NCBI RefSeq assembly: GCF_902652985.1
Contig: NC_047029.1
Span: forward strand, 27,032,001-27,096,000
From: Pecten maximus
Taxonomy: Eukaryota
Direction of reading: 5' to 3'
Length of the DNA stretch: 64,000 nucleotides
Shown here: piece by piece, positions 26,648-39,180 of the stretch
Numbering within the stretch: the first letter of the stretch is position 1
Layout of the letters: every line of letters starts with the position of its first letter
Notes under the pieces: generated by a model
What the model was told of the DNA's origin: nothing
The model's database searches: none
Seen by the model: only the letters and a program-made list of their open reading frames with translations
Program-made: the position numbers and the translations under genes

Positions 26648-28732
26648 TAAGGAATTAGATAGGGGTATCTGTTGTTGTCTCTGCCAATAGGAATTAGATA
26701 GGGGTATCTGTTGTAGACTCAGGAACAAGGGAACTAGATAAGGGCCTATGTTGTAGGCTCTGTCACAAGGGAACTAGACAAGGGCTTATGTTGTAGGCTC
26801 AGCTACAAGGGAACTAGATAAGGGCCTATGTTGTAGGCTCAGCCACAAGGGAACTAGATAAGGGCTTATGTTGTAGGCTCTGTCACAAGGGAACTAGATA
26901 AGGGCCTATGTTGTAGGCTCTGTCACAAGGGAACTAGATAAGGGCCTATGTTGTAGGCTCAGCCACAAGGGAACTAGATAAGGGCCTATGTTGTAGGCTC
27001 AGCCACAAGGGAACTAGATAAGGGCCTATGTTGTAGGCTCAGCCACAAGGGAACTAGATAAGGGCTTATGTTGTAGGCTCTGTCACAAGGGAACTAGATA
27101 AGGGCCTATGTTGTAGGCTCTGTCACAAGGGAACTAGATAAGGGCCTATGTTGTAGGCTCAGCCACAAGGGAACTAGATAAGGGCCTATGTTGTAGGCTC
27201 AGCCACAAGGGAACTAGATAAGGGCTTATGTTGTAGGCTCTGTCACAAGGGAACTAGATAAGGGCCTATGTTGTAGGCTCTGTCACAAGGGAACTAGATA
27301 AGGGCCTATGTTGTAGGCTCAGCCACAAGGGAACTAGATAAGGGCCTATGTTGTAGGCTCTGTCACAAGGGAACTAGATAAGGGCTTATGTTGTAGGCTC
27401 AGCCACAAGGGAACTAGATAAGGGCCTATGTTGTAGGCTCAGCCACAAGGGAACTAGATAAGGGCTTATGTTGTAGGCTCTGTCACAAGGGAACTAGATA
27501 AGGGCCTATGTTGTAGGCTCAGCCACAAGGGAACTAGATAAGGGCTTATGTTGTAGGCTCTGTCACAAGGGAACTAGATAAGGGCCTATGTTGTAGGCTC
27601 TGTCACAAGGGAACTAGATAAGGGCTTACGTTGTAGGCTCAGCCACAAGGGAACTAGATAAGGGCCTATGTTGTAGGCTCAGCCACAAGGGAACTAGATA
27701 AGGGCCTACGTTGTAGGCTCAGCCACAAGGGAACTAGATAAGGGCCTATGTTGTAGGCTCAGCCACAAGGGAACTAGATAAGGGCTTATGTTGTAGGCTC
27801 TGTCACAAGGGAACTAGATAAGGGCCTATGTTGTAGGCTCTGTCACAAGGGAACTAGATAAGGGCTTACGTTGTAGGCTCAGCCACAAGGGAACTAGATA
27901 AGGGCCTATGTTGTAGGCTCAGCCACAAGGGAACTAGATAAGGGCTTACGTTGTAGGCTCAGCCACAAGGGAACTAGATAAGGGCCTATGTTGTAGGCTC
28001 AGCCACAAGGGAACTAGATAAGGGCCTATGTTGTAGGCTCAGCCACAAGGGAACTAGATAAGGGCTTACGTTGTAGGCTCAGCCACAAGGGAACTAGATA
28101 AGGGCCTATGTTGTAGGCTCAGCCACAAGGGAACTAGATAAGGGCTTATGTTGTTGGCTCTGCCACAAGGAATTAGATAAGGGCTTATGTTGTAGGCTCA
28201 GCCAGAATGAAACTAGATAAGGGCTTATGTTGTAGGCTCAGCCACAAGGGAACTAGATAAGGGCTTATGTTGTAGACTCAGGAACAAGGGAATTAGATAA
28301 GAGCTTATTTTGTAGGCTCAGCCACAATGAAACTAGATAAGGGCTTATGTTGTAGGCTCAGCCACAAGGAAACTAGATAAGGGCTTATGTTGTAGGCTCT
28401 GTCACAAGGGAACTAGACAAGGGCTTATGTTGTAGGCTCAGCTACAAGGGAACTAGATAAGGGCCTATGTTGTAGGCTCAGCCACAAGGGAACTAGATAA
28501 GGGCTTACGTTGTAGGCTCAGCCACAAGGGAACTAGATAAGGGCCTATGTTGTAGGCTCAGCCACAAGGGAATAGATAAGGGCTTATATTGTAGGCTCTG
28601 TCACCAGGGAATAGATAAGGGCTTATGTTGTAGGCGCTGTCACAAGGGAATAGATAAGGGCTTATGTTGTTGGCTCAGCCACAAGGCAATAGATAAGGGC
28701 TTCTTATGGAAGGCAGCTACAAGGGAACTAGA
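26648..28732. repeat. 40-bp minisatellite ACAAGGGAACTAGATAAGGGCCTATGTTGTAGGCTCAGCC, about 50 copies
   Basis: Tandem periodicity. Confidence 0.95.
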
Positions 28733-29101
28733 TATTGGTTACTATTACAAGAGAATTAGATTAAGCCACAATTGTAGGACTCGCACACTAAGAAATCTTC
28801 AATGTTTCTGCTGATGTTTGCGATGTGATACTGATATTATAGTTCAAGGTTGTTCTGTACGATAAACTCTCAGAGCTATGACAAGTGGCATTTTATGTCT
28901 GAGGGATATAATATCTGTTACCCAACAATGTAATACATTTGTTTACTAATGTAATATCACCATGATATGGTAAATCTGACATGATTGATATTTCTGTATA
29001 GTTTTTCACTTCAACTATTTTTTTGAATATCAAATTTGATATTTGAGAGAATATATATCATATTTAGACATTTCTTAGTAAATGACACCTCTGATTTCCA
29101 G

Positions 29102-29247
29102 GTAACACTCTAGGAGTGTCTATCCATGTATTTGGACCAGAGACACACATGACCTCTATTGTCAGTATGGCTCTTGGCAAGCGAGAGATCCCGGATAACC
29201 CTAAACCCATGCAGACCACAGCCAATTTCCTCCTACCTACTGGTGGG
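29102..29247 (+). CDS. ACLY: ACLY exon 12 (..IHVFGPETHMT..TTANFLLPTGG)
   Basis: Conserved motif; donor GGG|gtatgt is phase 0, matching exon 13. Confidence 0.92.
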
Positions 29248-29467
29248 GTATGTAGTTACCATAGCAACACTTCACAGTGTTTAAGTTGGTGGGGTAAATA
29301 GCTACCATAGCAACACTACACAGTGTTTAAGTTGGTGGGGTAAATAGTTACCATAGCAACACTACACAGTGTTTAAGTTGGTGGGGTAAATAATTACCAT
29401 AGCAACACTACACAGTGTTTAAGTTGGTGGGGTAAATAGTTACCATAGCAACACTACACAGTGTTTA
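29241..29467. repeat. 46-bp tandem repeat spanning the exon 12 donor, about 5 copies
   Basis: TGGTGGGGTA at 29241, 29287, 29333, 29379, 29425. Confidence 0.9.
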
Positions 29468-30839
29468 GTTCATCTTCTTTTCTCATTTTGTTGAAGTAGG
29501 TAGTTATCACTGCAACAGTATTTTAAATTCAGCTTCTTCTTCCCTTCTGGTTTTAGCCATGGATACATAGTTACTATAGCAACACATCATTATGGGGTTT
29601 CATAGTTACCAAACAACAGAGCTTAATGTCCAGAACTGCAGTTAATATGCAAGTAGATACCAATTAGTAGATTGTGTAGTTTAACAATCTGGACTGAATA
29701 AAGTGCCGTACAAATGCCTGTAAAGCTAGTTCTAGACAATACTCTGATTTATTTATTTTTATGAAACAAGGTTTTTGTATTATATTAATGTCAGATGTAA
29801 CAATTTAGGGTAAAGGCATCCAAAATTGAGGATGGTAATGATCTGCCATGATAATGTATCTGTTTAGAATTTAGAGGGTTATGGCTTTAAAGAAATATAA
29901 AACTATTTTTGAAATTCAACACAGGGACTTTTACCATGTGAGAACTCTGTACTTTGGGAGAATTTAGGGTTATTGAAGTTTTAAAGACAAGTATCTTTTA
30001 TAAGTGAGTTCAGACACATGTGTTACAAGCATACAGCTAGCTACAAAGATTAAGTTTCTATGACATTCAACAGAAGTTAATTGTTTGAACATTAACTGAA
30101 AATAATTGATAATAGAAAGAACTTTTTTAAAAGGCAAAATTATTTCTGATGTGGAATTAATTAGCATATTAATATAAAATAAATATTATATAAAACTTTA
30201 TGGCAAAGAATATTGTGTTTAACACTAACTAATTTGTGTGGCTTTAATATTTTACCTTCCTCACACCCCCTCACACCTAATTGAACTGGTCAGTTTATAA
30301 TAACTGGGACAGTCATTTGAGGCAACCCAGGGGAAGTAAGATTGATAATGAGTGAAAATAATATGATATTGCTTTATTAATTACTAAGGCCAAGTGCAAA
30401 AATTTATGTTTCCTGCCAATCAATATTACACAAAAAGTAGATAAAGTGGATGAAAAGTTATTTTTCAAGGAAAAATACTGATTACATGTGCACATTATTT
30501 AAAGATGCAGATACAGAGCTAGGCTCTCGTGATCAATAGAGAAAATTTTGGTGTTAATTGTCAAGTTGTTTCTGACTAAAGTTGCATGAGAATTGCTCAC
30601 TGGTGAAATGTGACCATAATTTCCTAGTTGTAAAAAGTTTTGATAATGAAAAGAAAACAATAACTTCAAAACCTGTCAAAAAAACTGTTCATACAATTAA
30701 TTAACCAAATATTGACATAAAACAAAGAAAATAAGAAAACAGGAAAAAATTTGTTTTTGATAAACATATATTTGTTTCATTGGCCTTTTGGATTTCCCGC
30801 TTTGTTAGATATATATTTTGTTTGATATCTTTATTTCAG

Positions 30840-30854
30840 TCAAAAGCGTCTTTA
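30840..30854 (+). CDS. ACLY: candidate 15-nt ACLY microexon (SKASL)
   Basis: T-rich tract ..ttatttcag|TCAAAAGCGTCTTTA|gtaagt; phase 0-0, no stop. Confidence 0.6.
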
Positions 30855-31167
30855 GTAAGTGCCTTAGTAGCAGGATGTGAAAAAAAGTTCTGTATATGTT
30901 TATTGAGATGCATTTGATGCATGATGTTGAGAAATGTCAGCCTCTGATTTAGATTTACAGTAGAATGTTAATTATTTGAACCTGACAGAAGATCTATAGA
31001 GGATCATGCCAAAGGAATCAAAGTCTAATTCCTATGATCTTACATGAGTGGCTACATGTATGTTGTGTGGAATTTATTAAACTCGTTCAGTAATTTGATT
31101 TGCCACCAGTCACTAGACTTTTGGCAAGTGGCATATTAAATTATTGAACAAGTTTGATCAATTTTGT

Positions 31168-33268
31168 ATGTCAGATATATAGTCCAATGTCATATATAGT
31201 CCATATGTCAGATATAGCCCAATGTCATATATAGTCCATATGTCCATGTCAGATATAGTCCATATGTCCATGTCAGATATAGTCCATATGTCCATGTCAG
31301 ATATAGTCCAATGTCAGATATAGTCCATATGTCCATGTCAGATATAGTCCATATGTCCATGTCAGATATAGTCCATATGTCAGATATAGTCCAATGTCAG
31401 ATATAGTCCAATGTCAGATATAGTCCATATGTTATATATAGTCCATATGTCCATATGTCAGATATAGTCCATATGTCAGATTGTCAGATATAGTCCAATG
31501 TCAGATATAGTCCAAAGTCATATATAGTCCAATGATAGATATAGTCCAATGTCATATATAGTCCATATGTCCATGTCAGATATAGTCCATATGTCAGATA
31601 TAGTCCAATGTCAGATATAGTCCAATGTCAGATATAGTCCATATGTTATATATAGTCCATATGTCCATATGTCAGATATAGTCCATATGTCAGATTGTCA
31701 GATATAGTCCAATGTCAGATATAGTCCAAAGTCATATATAGTCCAATGATAGATATAGTCCAATGTCATATATAGTCCATATGTCCATGTCAGATATAGT
31801 CCATATGTCAGATATAGTCCAATGTCAGATATAGTCCAATGTCAGATATAGTCCATATATTATATATAGTCCATATGTCCATATGTCAGATATAGTCCAT
31901 ATGTCAGATTGTCAGATATAGTCCAATGTCAGATATAGTCCAAAGTCATATATAGTCCAATGATAGATATAGTCCAATGTCATATATAGTCCATATGTCC
32001 ATGTCAGATATAGTCCAATGTCAGATACAGTCCATATGTTAGATATAGTCCAAATGTCAGATATAGTCCAATGTCAGATATAGTCCATATGTCCATATGT
32101 CCATATGTCCATGTCAGATATAGTCCAATGTCAGATACAGTCCATATGTCAGATATAGTCCAATGTCAGATATAGTCCATATGTCAGATATAGTCCATAT
32201 GTCATATATAGTCCATATGTCAGATATAGTCCAATGTCAGATATAGTCCAATGTCAGATACAGTCCATATGTCAGATATAGTCCAATGTCAGATTGTCGG
32301 ATATAGTCCAATGTCAGATATAGTCCAATGTCAGATATAGTCCATATGTCAGATATAGTCCAATGTCAGATTGTCAGATATAGTCCAATGTCAGATATAG
32401 TCCAATGTCAGATATAGTCCATATGTCAGATATAGTCCATATGTCATATATAGTCCATATGTCAGATATAGTCCAATGTCAGATATAGTCCAATGTCAGA
32501 TATAGTCCATATGTCAGATATAGTCCAATGTCAGATTGTCAGATATAGTCCAATGTCAGATATAGTCCAATGTCAGATATAGTCCAATGTCAGATATAGT
32601 CCAATGTCAGATATAGTCCAATGTCAGATTGTCAGATATAGTCCAATGTCAGATATAGTCCATATGTCCATGTTGGATATAATCCATTTTCAGATATAGT
32701 CCAATGTCAGATAGTCCATATGTCAGATATAGTCCAATGTCAGATATAGTCCAATGTCAGATATAGTCCAATGTCAGATATAGTCCAATATCAGATATAG
32801 TCCATATGTCAGATAAAGTCCATATGTCAGATATAGTCCAATGTCAGATATAGTCCAATGTCAGATTGTCAGATATAGTCCAATGTCAGATATAGTCCAA
32901 TGTCAGATATAGTCCAATGTCAGATTGTCAGATATAGTCCAATGTCAGATATAGTCCATATGTCCATGTTGGATATAGTCCATTTTCAGATATAGTCCAA
33001 TGTCAGATAGTCCATATGTCAGATATAGTCCAATGTCAAATATAGTCCATATGTCAGATATAGTCCAAATGTCCATTTGTCTGATATAGTGATATGTCAA
33101 TTTATCAGATAAAGTCCATTGTCAGATAAAGTCCATTGTCAGATATAGTCCATCGTCAGATATAGTCCAATGTCAGATAGTCCATATGTCAGATATAGTC
33201 CAATGTCAGATATAGTCCAATGTCAGATATAGTCCATCATCAGATATAGTCCATATGTCAGACATAGT
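31168..33268. repeat. 17/18-bp minisatellite TGTCAGATATAGTCCA(T)A with 214-bp higher-order repeat
   Basis: Marker variant at 31514, 31728, 31942. Confidence 0.95.
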
Positions 33269-33407
33269 ATTTAAAATTTTGAATAGTTATGGTTCGAACA
33301 ATCAGCATTCTACTGTGTTTTGAATTGAAATTTGTTTTTATGTTCTGAAATATTAATTGTAAATGTTTGATATTAACATTTAACCTTTGACCCTGTTTGT
33401 TTTACAG

Positions 33408-33416
33408 GTTGTACAG
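33408..33416 (+). CDS. ACLY: candidate 9-nt ACLY microexon (VVQ)
   Basis: taacctttgaccctgtttgttttacag|GTTGTACAG|gtatat; phase 0-0. Confidence 0.55.
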
Positions 33417-34240
33417 GTATATCATTAGCTTTTAGTCTATAGATGTTTCTGTCACTTTAACATGGGCATGCAGTATATCATATTTTATAGTGATACACCA
33501 ATGTCCAGGAATAAGCCCACCTCGACACCATTCACTATGTTAACAGAGTTTATAAAGGACAAGTCTAGGCTGGGAAATAAAATAAAACCTTAACACCTGT
33601 TATAAACCATATTTACTTTTATAATAACTACATATTCTAAGATCACCAAAAAATGAAGTTTTAAATATGCTGTGCTTGTACTGCTAAAGAAGTCAGTTGT
33701 ATGCCATTTTCATTTGACTCCAAGTAATTCTTAAACAGATTTATGCAATGTAGGAGTATTAAAAAATTACTACACTCCAGCTTTATTATGAATATTCAAT
33801 TGACTGATTTATATTAGTAAGTTGGAAAATTTCTTTAAATTAACACTTTTTCTTAACCCACTTTTGTTTTCCAATAGAAATACTTCATGGGTTTTCTTAA
33901 ATAAGGTGCTGTCTTTTTGTAAAACATTACCTTCATATCCATTTTACCCCATTTCCAAGATCTTCATTTTAATATAAGGGTTTGTGTTGTAATTTGTCTC
34001 TATATTGTGTGTTTGTCTGCCTAGTTACTAGCTATATACATTGTATGTTAAAACTGGGGTCAAAAATTAAAAATGTGAATATGCCCTGGATGAGGTAGCA
34101 ATTAAAATGGTTTTCTAGTGTCAATGTTTTTGATTGTATAAAATTGCAAAAATTCTCAGCTCTGAGCGATAAGAAACCAGTACCTGAGCAAAGCTTTTAC
34201 CAACATTATTCCATATTATAACAGAAATCATAACTGGTCA

Positions 34241-34487
34241 TATTAGTCTCCTACCAGTGAAACTAGGTTTCTGTCCATCTTGTACATATGTACGTACATA
34301 ATGCCAAAGTTTGTCAGCGCTCGACCACCATCAATCATTCATTGAGGAATTTTGACAAAACTTTACGCAGTGATAAAGGACCATAATATCTTGGACAAGT
34401 TCGAGTTTCAGGGTTTTTGGGCCACCTGCTGTTTAAAATAGGGGCTATAGGAGACATGTATTGCTTTAGCAATACCCGGTATGCTTC
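34241..34487 (+). mobile_element. HINE-like interspersed repeat (same family as 15828)
   Basis: Co-linear similarity, including AAGGACCAtaATATCT..GACAAG. Confidence 0.55.
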
Positions 34488-34537
34488 TTTAAAAATAAAT
34501 AACTATTAATTCTAATATCTGAGGATGCAAATGTTAC

Positions 34538-34790
34538 CTATGGACATTGCTTCCTAGAGGTGTCATGGTTCAGAGTTAGTGTATCTACTAGGATACAACA
34601 ATTACCCATGGACATTGCTCCCTAGAGGTGTCATGGTAAAGAGTTGGTGTATCTACTAGGATACAACAATTACCCATGGACATTGCTCACTAAAGGTGTC
34701 ATGGTTCAGAGTTAGTGTATCTACTAGGATACAACAATTACCCATGGACATTGCTCCCTAGAGGTGTCATGGTAAAGAGTTGGTGTACAT
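34538..34790. repeat. 68-bp tandem repeat, about 4 copies in alternating A/B variants
   Basis: TGGACATTGC at 34541, 34609, 34677, 34745. Confidence 0.9.
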
Positions 34791-35764
34791 TGTATCTAGT
34801 AGTATTCCAATTGTTTCCTGTTTCTAGTCTGATTGGAAGTTGAAATGGAGTGCTACTAGGCGGTCTCTATGTTGTCTAAGGTGGCGTGGATGTTTTAAGG
34901 TACGGACTCGAAGTTCATGTTTAGTTTCCCCAATGTATTGTTTGCATTTGGAGCAGGTGATTGTTTAGTAAATGAGGATTTGGGAAACGTAGCTACCTGG
35001 AAGTTTGTCTTTGTACAATAGTTTTGTGAATGTGCTGATGAAGTGTTTGCTAATGCAGACTGTGTAATTGTACTATTTGCAGTCAATTACGGGGTATTAA
35101 TATGAGTTTAGCAGAGCCTTACTGCAGACCAGGCTTAGTGGAGTATTATGCCTTTTCAATAGACTTTAATGAGAGTTGTGGAACAGTTTTTGCCACAAAA
35201 TTGATATACAGCAGTTCTGGCATATTGTACATATCATTGTTTGATGGAAGGCTATCGCTGTGATTACAAATGGTCTGACGAGTGACTACATCAGAAGTAA
35301 TAAAATTTTTGGTCAGTTGTTATATATAAGATGTAGAAGACTATTTGGTTCAATCCCTTCATTTGGAATTTTTAATTATCAAATTTAGTCTGTTGTATTT
35401 GAAGTGTCTGGACTTGTGCATGATGGTATTTAAAGGAGCATGCATACATATCAACGGTATCATATATTGTATAAAGTGTATTTTGTATATGCACTGGGAC
35501 ACATGTTGTATTGTGAGTATTTTGTAAACTGATATCATTGTTTGTGGAATATGTATATTAGCACTAACTGCTGCATGTGGCGCACAGGGGATCAATAAAT
35601 GAGGATATGCAAGGGAGATCACTCCATCATAACAAGGGCAGATCATGTACTGGTAGATTGCACTGGCTGTAGGTGTCATACAAGGGGTGTTAATCGCTTT
35701 TAGCATATGCTTAATTTTCAGCAGAGAATGCTTTACTTGAGCATTTGGCCTTCACTAGGCTTTT

Positions 35765-36080
35765 ATAAACCCACCATCATCAGATGGTAGGATATTCAAA
35801 TCAATCTTTGTCTGTAGTCTGTTGGCTGTCGTCTGTAAACTGATAACCCTTGTAATATTTACTATTTCTTGAGAAGCACTTGAAGGATATTTCTCAAACT
35901 TTTCATATAAGTTGTGTTTTCTACTTCAATCTTTCTTAGATTTCATGTGAAGGTTTTCTTATTAATCAAATGATTAAGAAAAAAATGGGAAAGAAAGAAA
36001 TGTAGAGAAAAGATCAGTCTTCCATAGAACCAATAAAGACCATTCAGTGGTGGGTGCTAAGATCCCTCTGGGATCCCTTG
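35765..36080 (+). mobile_element. HINE-like interspersed repeat (inverted copy 58824-59323)
   Basis: CCCACCATCAtcaGATGGT 5' IR; 3' GATCCCTCTGGGATC hairpin. Confidence 0.5.
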
Positions 36081-37274
36081 TATGGTCTTTGACAGTACAA
36101 ACCTCTCTGGAAGTTCCTGTTTGTCAGATTTGTTGAGTCAAAATTATTGTAACAAGCTGATGATTTTGTCATTTGATTGAAATGCAGTACATGTATATCT
36201 TTTAATGATAAAAATAGTTTACACTTATAATATCTTTGAAAACCTTGGGTAAGATTTTACTAAGATAATGATAGTGTTCTGGGACCTGGTGTTACTAAAT
36301 ATAGATCTAGTGTTTACAGCTGAAAGGTTGTCAGAAAAAAAATGTGGCACCTAAGCATGCACAGTAAAACAAACAAATTTTAATTGTAATCTAAACTATC
36401 ATCCTCCTGCCGACATTTTACAAATCTCCAAAAAGAGCAGTGTTGAAGTGAATAAGGAATAGAAAAAAATAAGTAAAGGGTTTTGTGAAATCAAATTGAA
36501 TGTTTATTGCAAGATTGACAAAGTTCAGAAAAATAATATCTCTCCTGGCTATATCTGAACCACCAGTTCCTCTCACAATTGCAATTGTTAAATATCTCTA
36601 TTTTTTATCTGATTAGAATTGTCAATTCATCTGACAGTGTATTTTTTAGGAGATGTATTTTGAGATCCACCACCAGTAGTAATGTATGGTTTCCACCCTT
36701 TGTATGTAGTCTTAACAAGTACTATTAGTACACTTTACTAACCATACCAAACAATATTTATTTTAAAATTATTCACTTATTGATTATTTATATTGTTTGC
36801 TTTGTTCATCCTTTAAACAAAAATAAACTTCAATTAAATATTGTAGACTGAATTTAAGAATAGAAAACAAGTCAACTTTCAGGTTGAAAAATCAGTGGAA
36901 CACTTTTTGTAATATCTTATCTTTGAATTACTGGATTGATGAAAGTATTAAGAAAAATCTTTCCAATGCTTCACAGTTAAAAGGAAGAAATAAAGTTATT
37001 GATGATGCGGAGGTTTTGAATTTTTCTAGTTTAGAATTGTATGATATGTGAGTGCTGTCTACTTAACCTTCCTACTGATATTGGACCCATAATCTTACAT
37101 AACAGGGATCTGTAATTAAATGCATTTTGAATATGAAGGGAGATAATTCCACCTGTTTTGTCTGATAAATTTCGCTATGAAGCGTTATTAAGCATAAAAA
37201 AAGAATTTCTAATTTTTATATACAATGATCTTTTGACAAAGAAATGATTTTCTTTTTCTTTTTGACATTTACAG

Positions 37275-37519
37275 CAGTCCCCCTCCAGTAGCCGGAGAAG
37301 TTCAGTGGTGGAAGGCAGATCACCGTCAAAGTCGTCGGACTCTGTGGGCGGTACCACCCAGAAGTCGACCACACAGGGTAACACAGGACCCTTGTTTACG
37401 TACAAGACAAAGTCTATCATATGGGGCATGCAGCAACGTGCCGTACAAGGCATGCTGGACTTTGATTACGTCTGCTCACGTAAAGAGCCATCTGTGGTAG
37501 CCATGATCTATCCATTCAC
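37275..37519 (+). CDS. ACLY: ACLY exon 13 (Ser-rich linker [10 protein letters not shown].. then [20 protein letters not shown])
   Basis: NAGNAG acceptor (alternative start 37278); conserved start of the CoA-binding domain. Confidence 0.93.
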
Positions 37520-37894
37520 GTAAGATTCTGTGTGATCCCCTTATATGACATTAGTCATTGAAGGACATTAAAATCTAGAGGAATTAGAAGACAATTTTAG
37601 ATATTTTAACCAACCAAATGAAAATATTGAACATTCTGATAATATGTTAATGGTAAAGAGTGCCATACATGGAAAGCATGACTCCAGATTGTTTGATACT
37701 GTTACCAAATGAATGAAAATATAATGTGTTATACAGGATAATTATGAATATGCTGAAGAGTGCCATATAGACCATGCTTGACTCAATACTGCTCGATTCT
37801 ATTTCTAAGACATTCATCATTTTTTCTAATCTGTTGAAATTTGACAATTTGCTAAATTGATATACATGTATTTATATATTTACTGCACTTTCAG

Positions 37895-37947
37895 TGGAGA
37901 CCACAAACAGAAGTTTTACTGGGGACACAAGGAGATCCTGGTACCAG
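37895..37947 (+). CDS. ACLY: ACLY exon 14 ([17 protein letters not shown])
   Basis: Conserved motif, AG/GT boundaries. Confidence 0.95.
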
Positions 37948-38181
37948 GTATGTGGTACTCCCTCCAATCAACAGACTATGAGAAAACTGTATACTGTACT
38001 AATCCGTAAATAATTTCCTGTGCACAAATAACCCTTTCCTTAATCTTATAGTAATCTTGAATTATACACAGTAACCAAAATGTTGTTCACAAATAAGGCC
38101 TCATTGTCATCATGAAGAAATTTGAATATTTTCAGTCATTGTCACAATTCCTACAATGACCTTGACCTACTCTGTTTTCAG

Positions 38182-38297
38182 TATATAAGAGTATGGCCGA
38201 TGCCATGGCAAAGCACAAAGAGGCTGATGTTTTAGTCAGCTTTGCATCCCTTAGATCTGCCTATGAGAGCACCATGGAAACTCTGAATTTCCCTCAG
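38182..38297 (+). CDS. ACLY: ACLY exon 15 ([21 protein letters not shown])
   Basis: Conserved motif, AG/GT boundaries. Confidence 0.95.
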
Positions 38298-38504
38298 GTA
38301 AGTTCTACCTGTGTGAGTGCATCCAAAAATTATGTATCTCAAAAAAAACAAAAAAACAAAAAAACAATAAATAATAAAAAACAATAAATAAAAAAAACAA
38401 AAACAGAAAATGTACTGCAGATAGGAAACAGCTAAATAATTATCATTTCAGGAACCATATGTCAATTTTCTGAAATCATTTCATTATCTTGGTTTTTGTT
38501 TTAG

Positions 38505-38609
38505 ATTCGAACCATAGCCATCATAGCAGAAGGAATCCCTGAGAATTTGACAAGGAACCTCGTGAAGAAAGCCATTGAGAAAGGTGTATCTATCATAGGT
38601 CCAGCTACA
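38505..38609 (+). CDS. ACLY: ACLY exon 16 ([19 protein letters not shown])
   Basis: Conserved motif, AG/GT boundaries. Confidence 0.95.
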
Positions 38610-39088
38610 GTAAGTGCTTGTTTTATTTATGACAGTGCAATTGATTTTGGTAAAGTCACGATTGTGATACATGTTTTAATTTATATATTATCTACTATTT
38701 TAATGATATTGGATTCTTAAAAAATGAAATACTGTGTTTTGATTGATACACAGTGTGTCAAAATGTAGTATTCCCGTTGTGACACAGTTTGTCAATAAAT
38801 TATCTCCATTTGTATCACAGTTTGTAAATAATTTACATAGTTTGACAGTAAGTTGTCTCCCTTCATGCCAAAGTTTTCAATAACTTATCTCCCTTTGTGA
38901 CACAGTTTGTAAATAGGTTTATTCCCTTTAAATCTGTAATGTCAGTAAGTTATCTCCCTTCGAAACATAATTATCAATAATTCACCTCCCTTAAACTTGG
39001 AAACATTGTCCTTTAGTTTTTATCTCCCTTTTAACATATAATAAGTTACCTCCCTTCCTCTCTGATAATCATGTGTTATCTCCCATAG

Positions 39089-39180
39089 GTTGGTGGTGTG
39101 AAGCCTGGATGTTTTAAGATAGGTAACACTGGAGGTATGCTGGACAATATTCTGGCCTCTAAACTCTACAGACCAGGCAG
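39089..39180 (+). CDS. ACLY: ACLY exon 17 ([22 protein letters not shown])
   Basis: Conserved motif, AG/GT boundaries. Confidence 0.95.

Noticed and set aside
26648-28732. CRISPR-like regular repeats (also 42755-48741 and 29241-29467)
   Set aside because: Head-to-tail units with no unique spacers, inside eukaryotic introns, and no cas genes.
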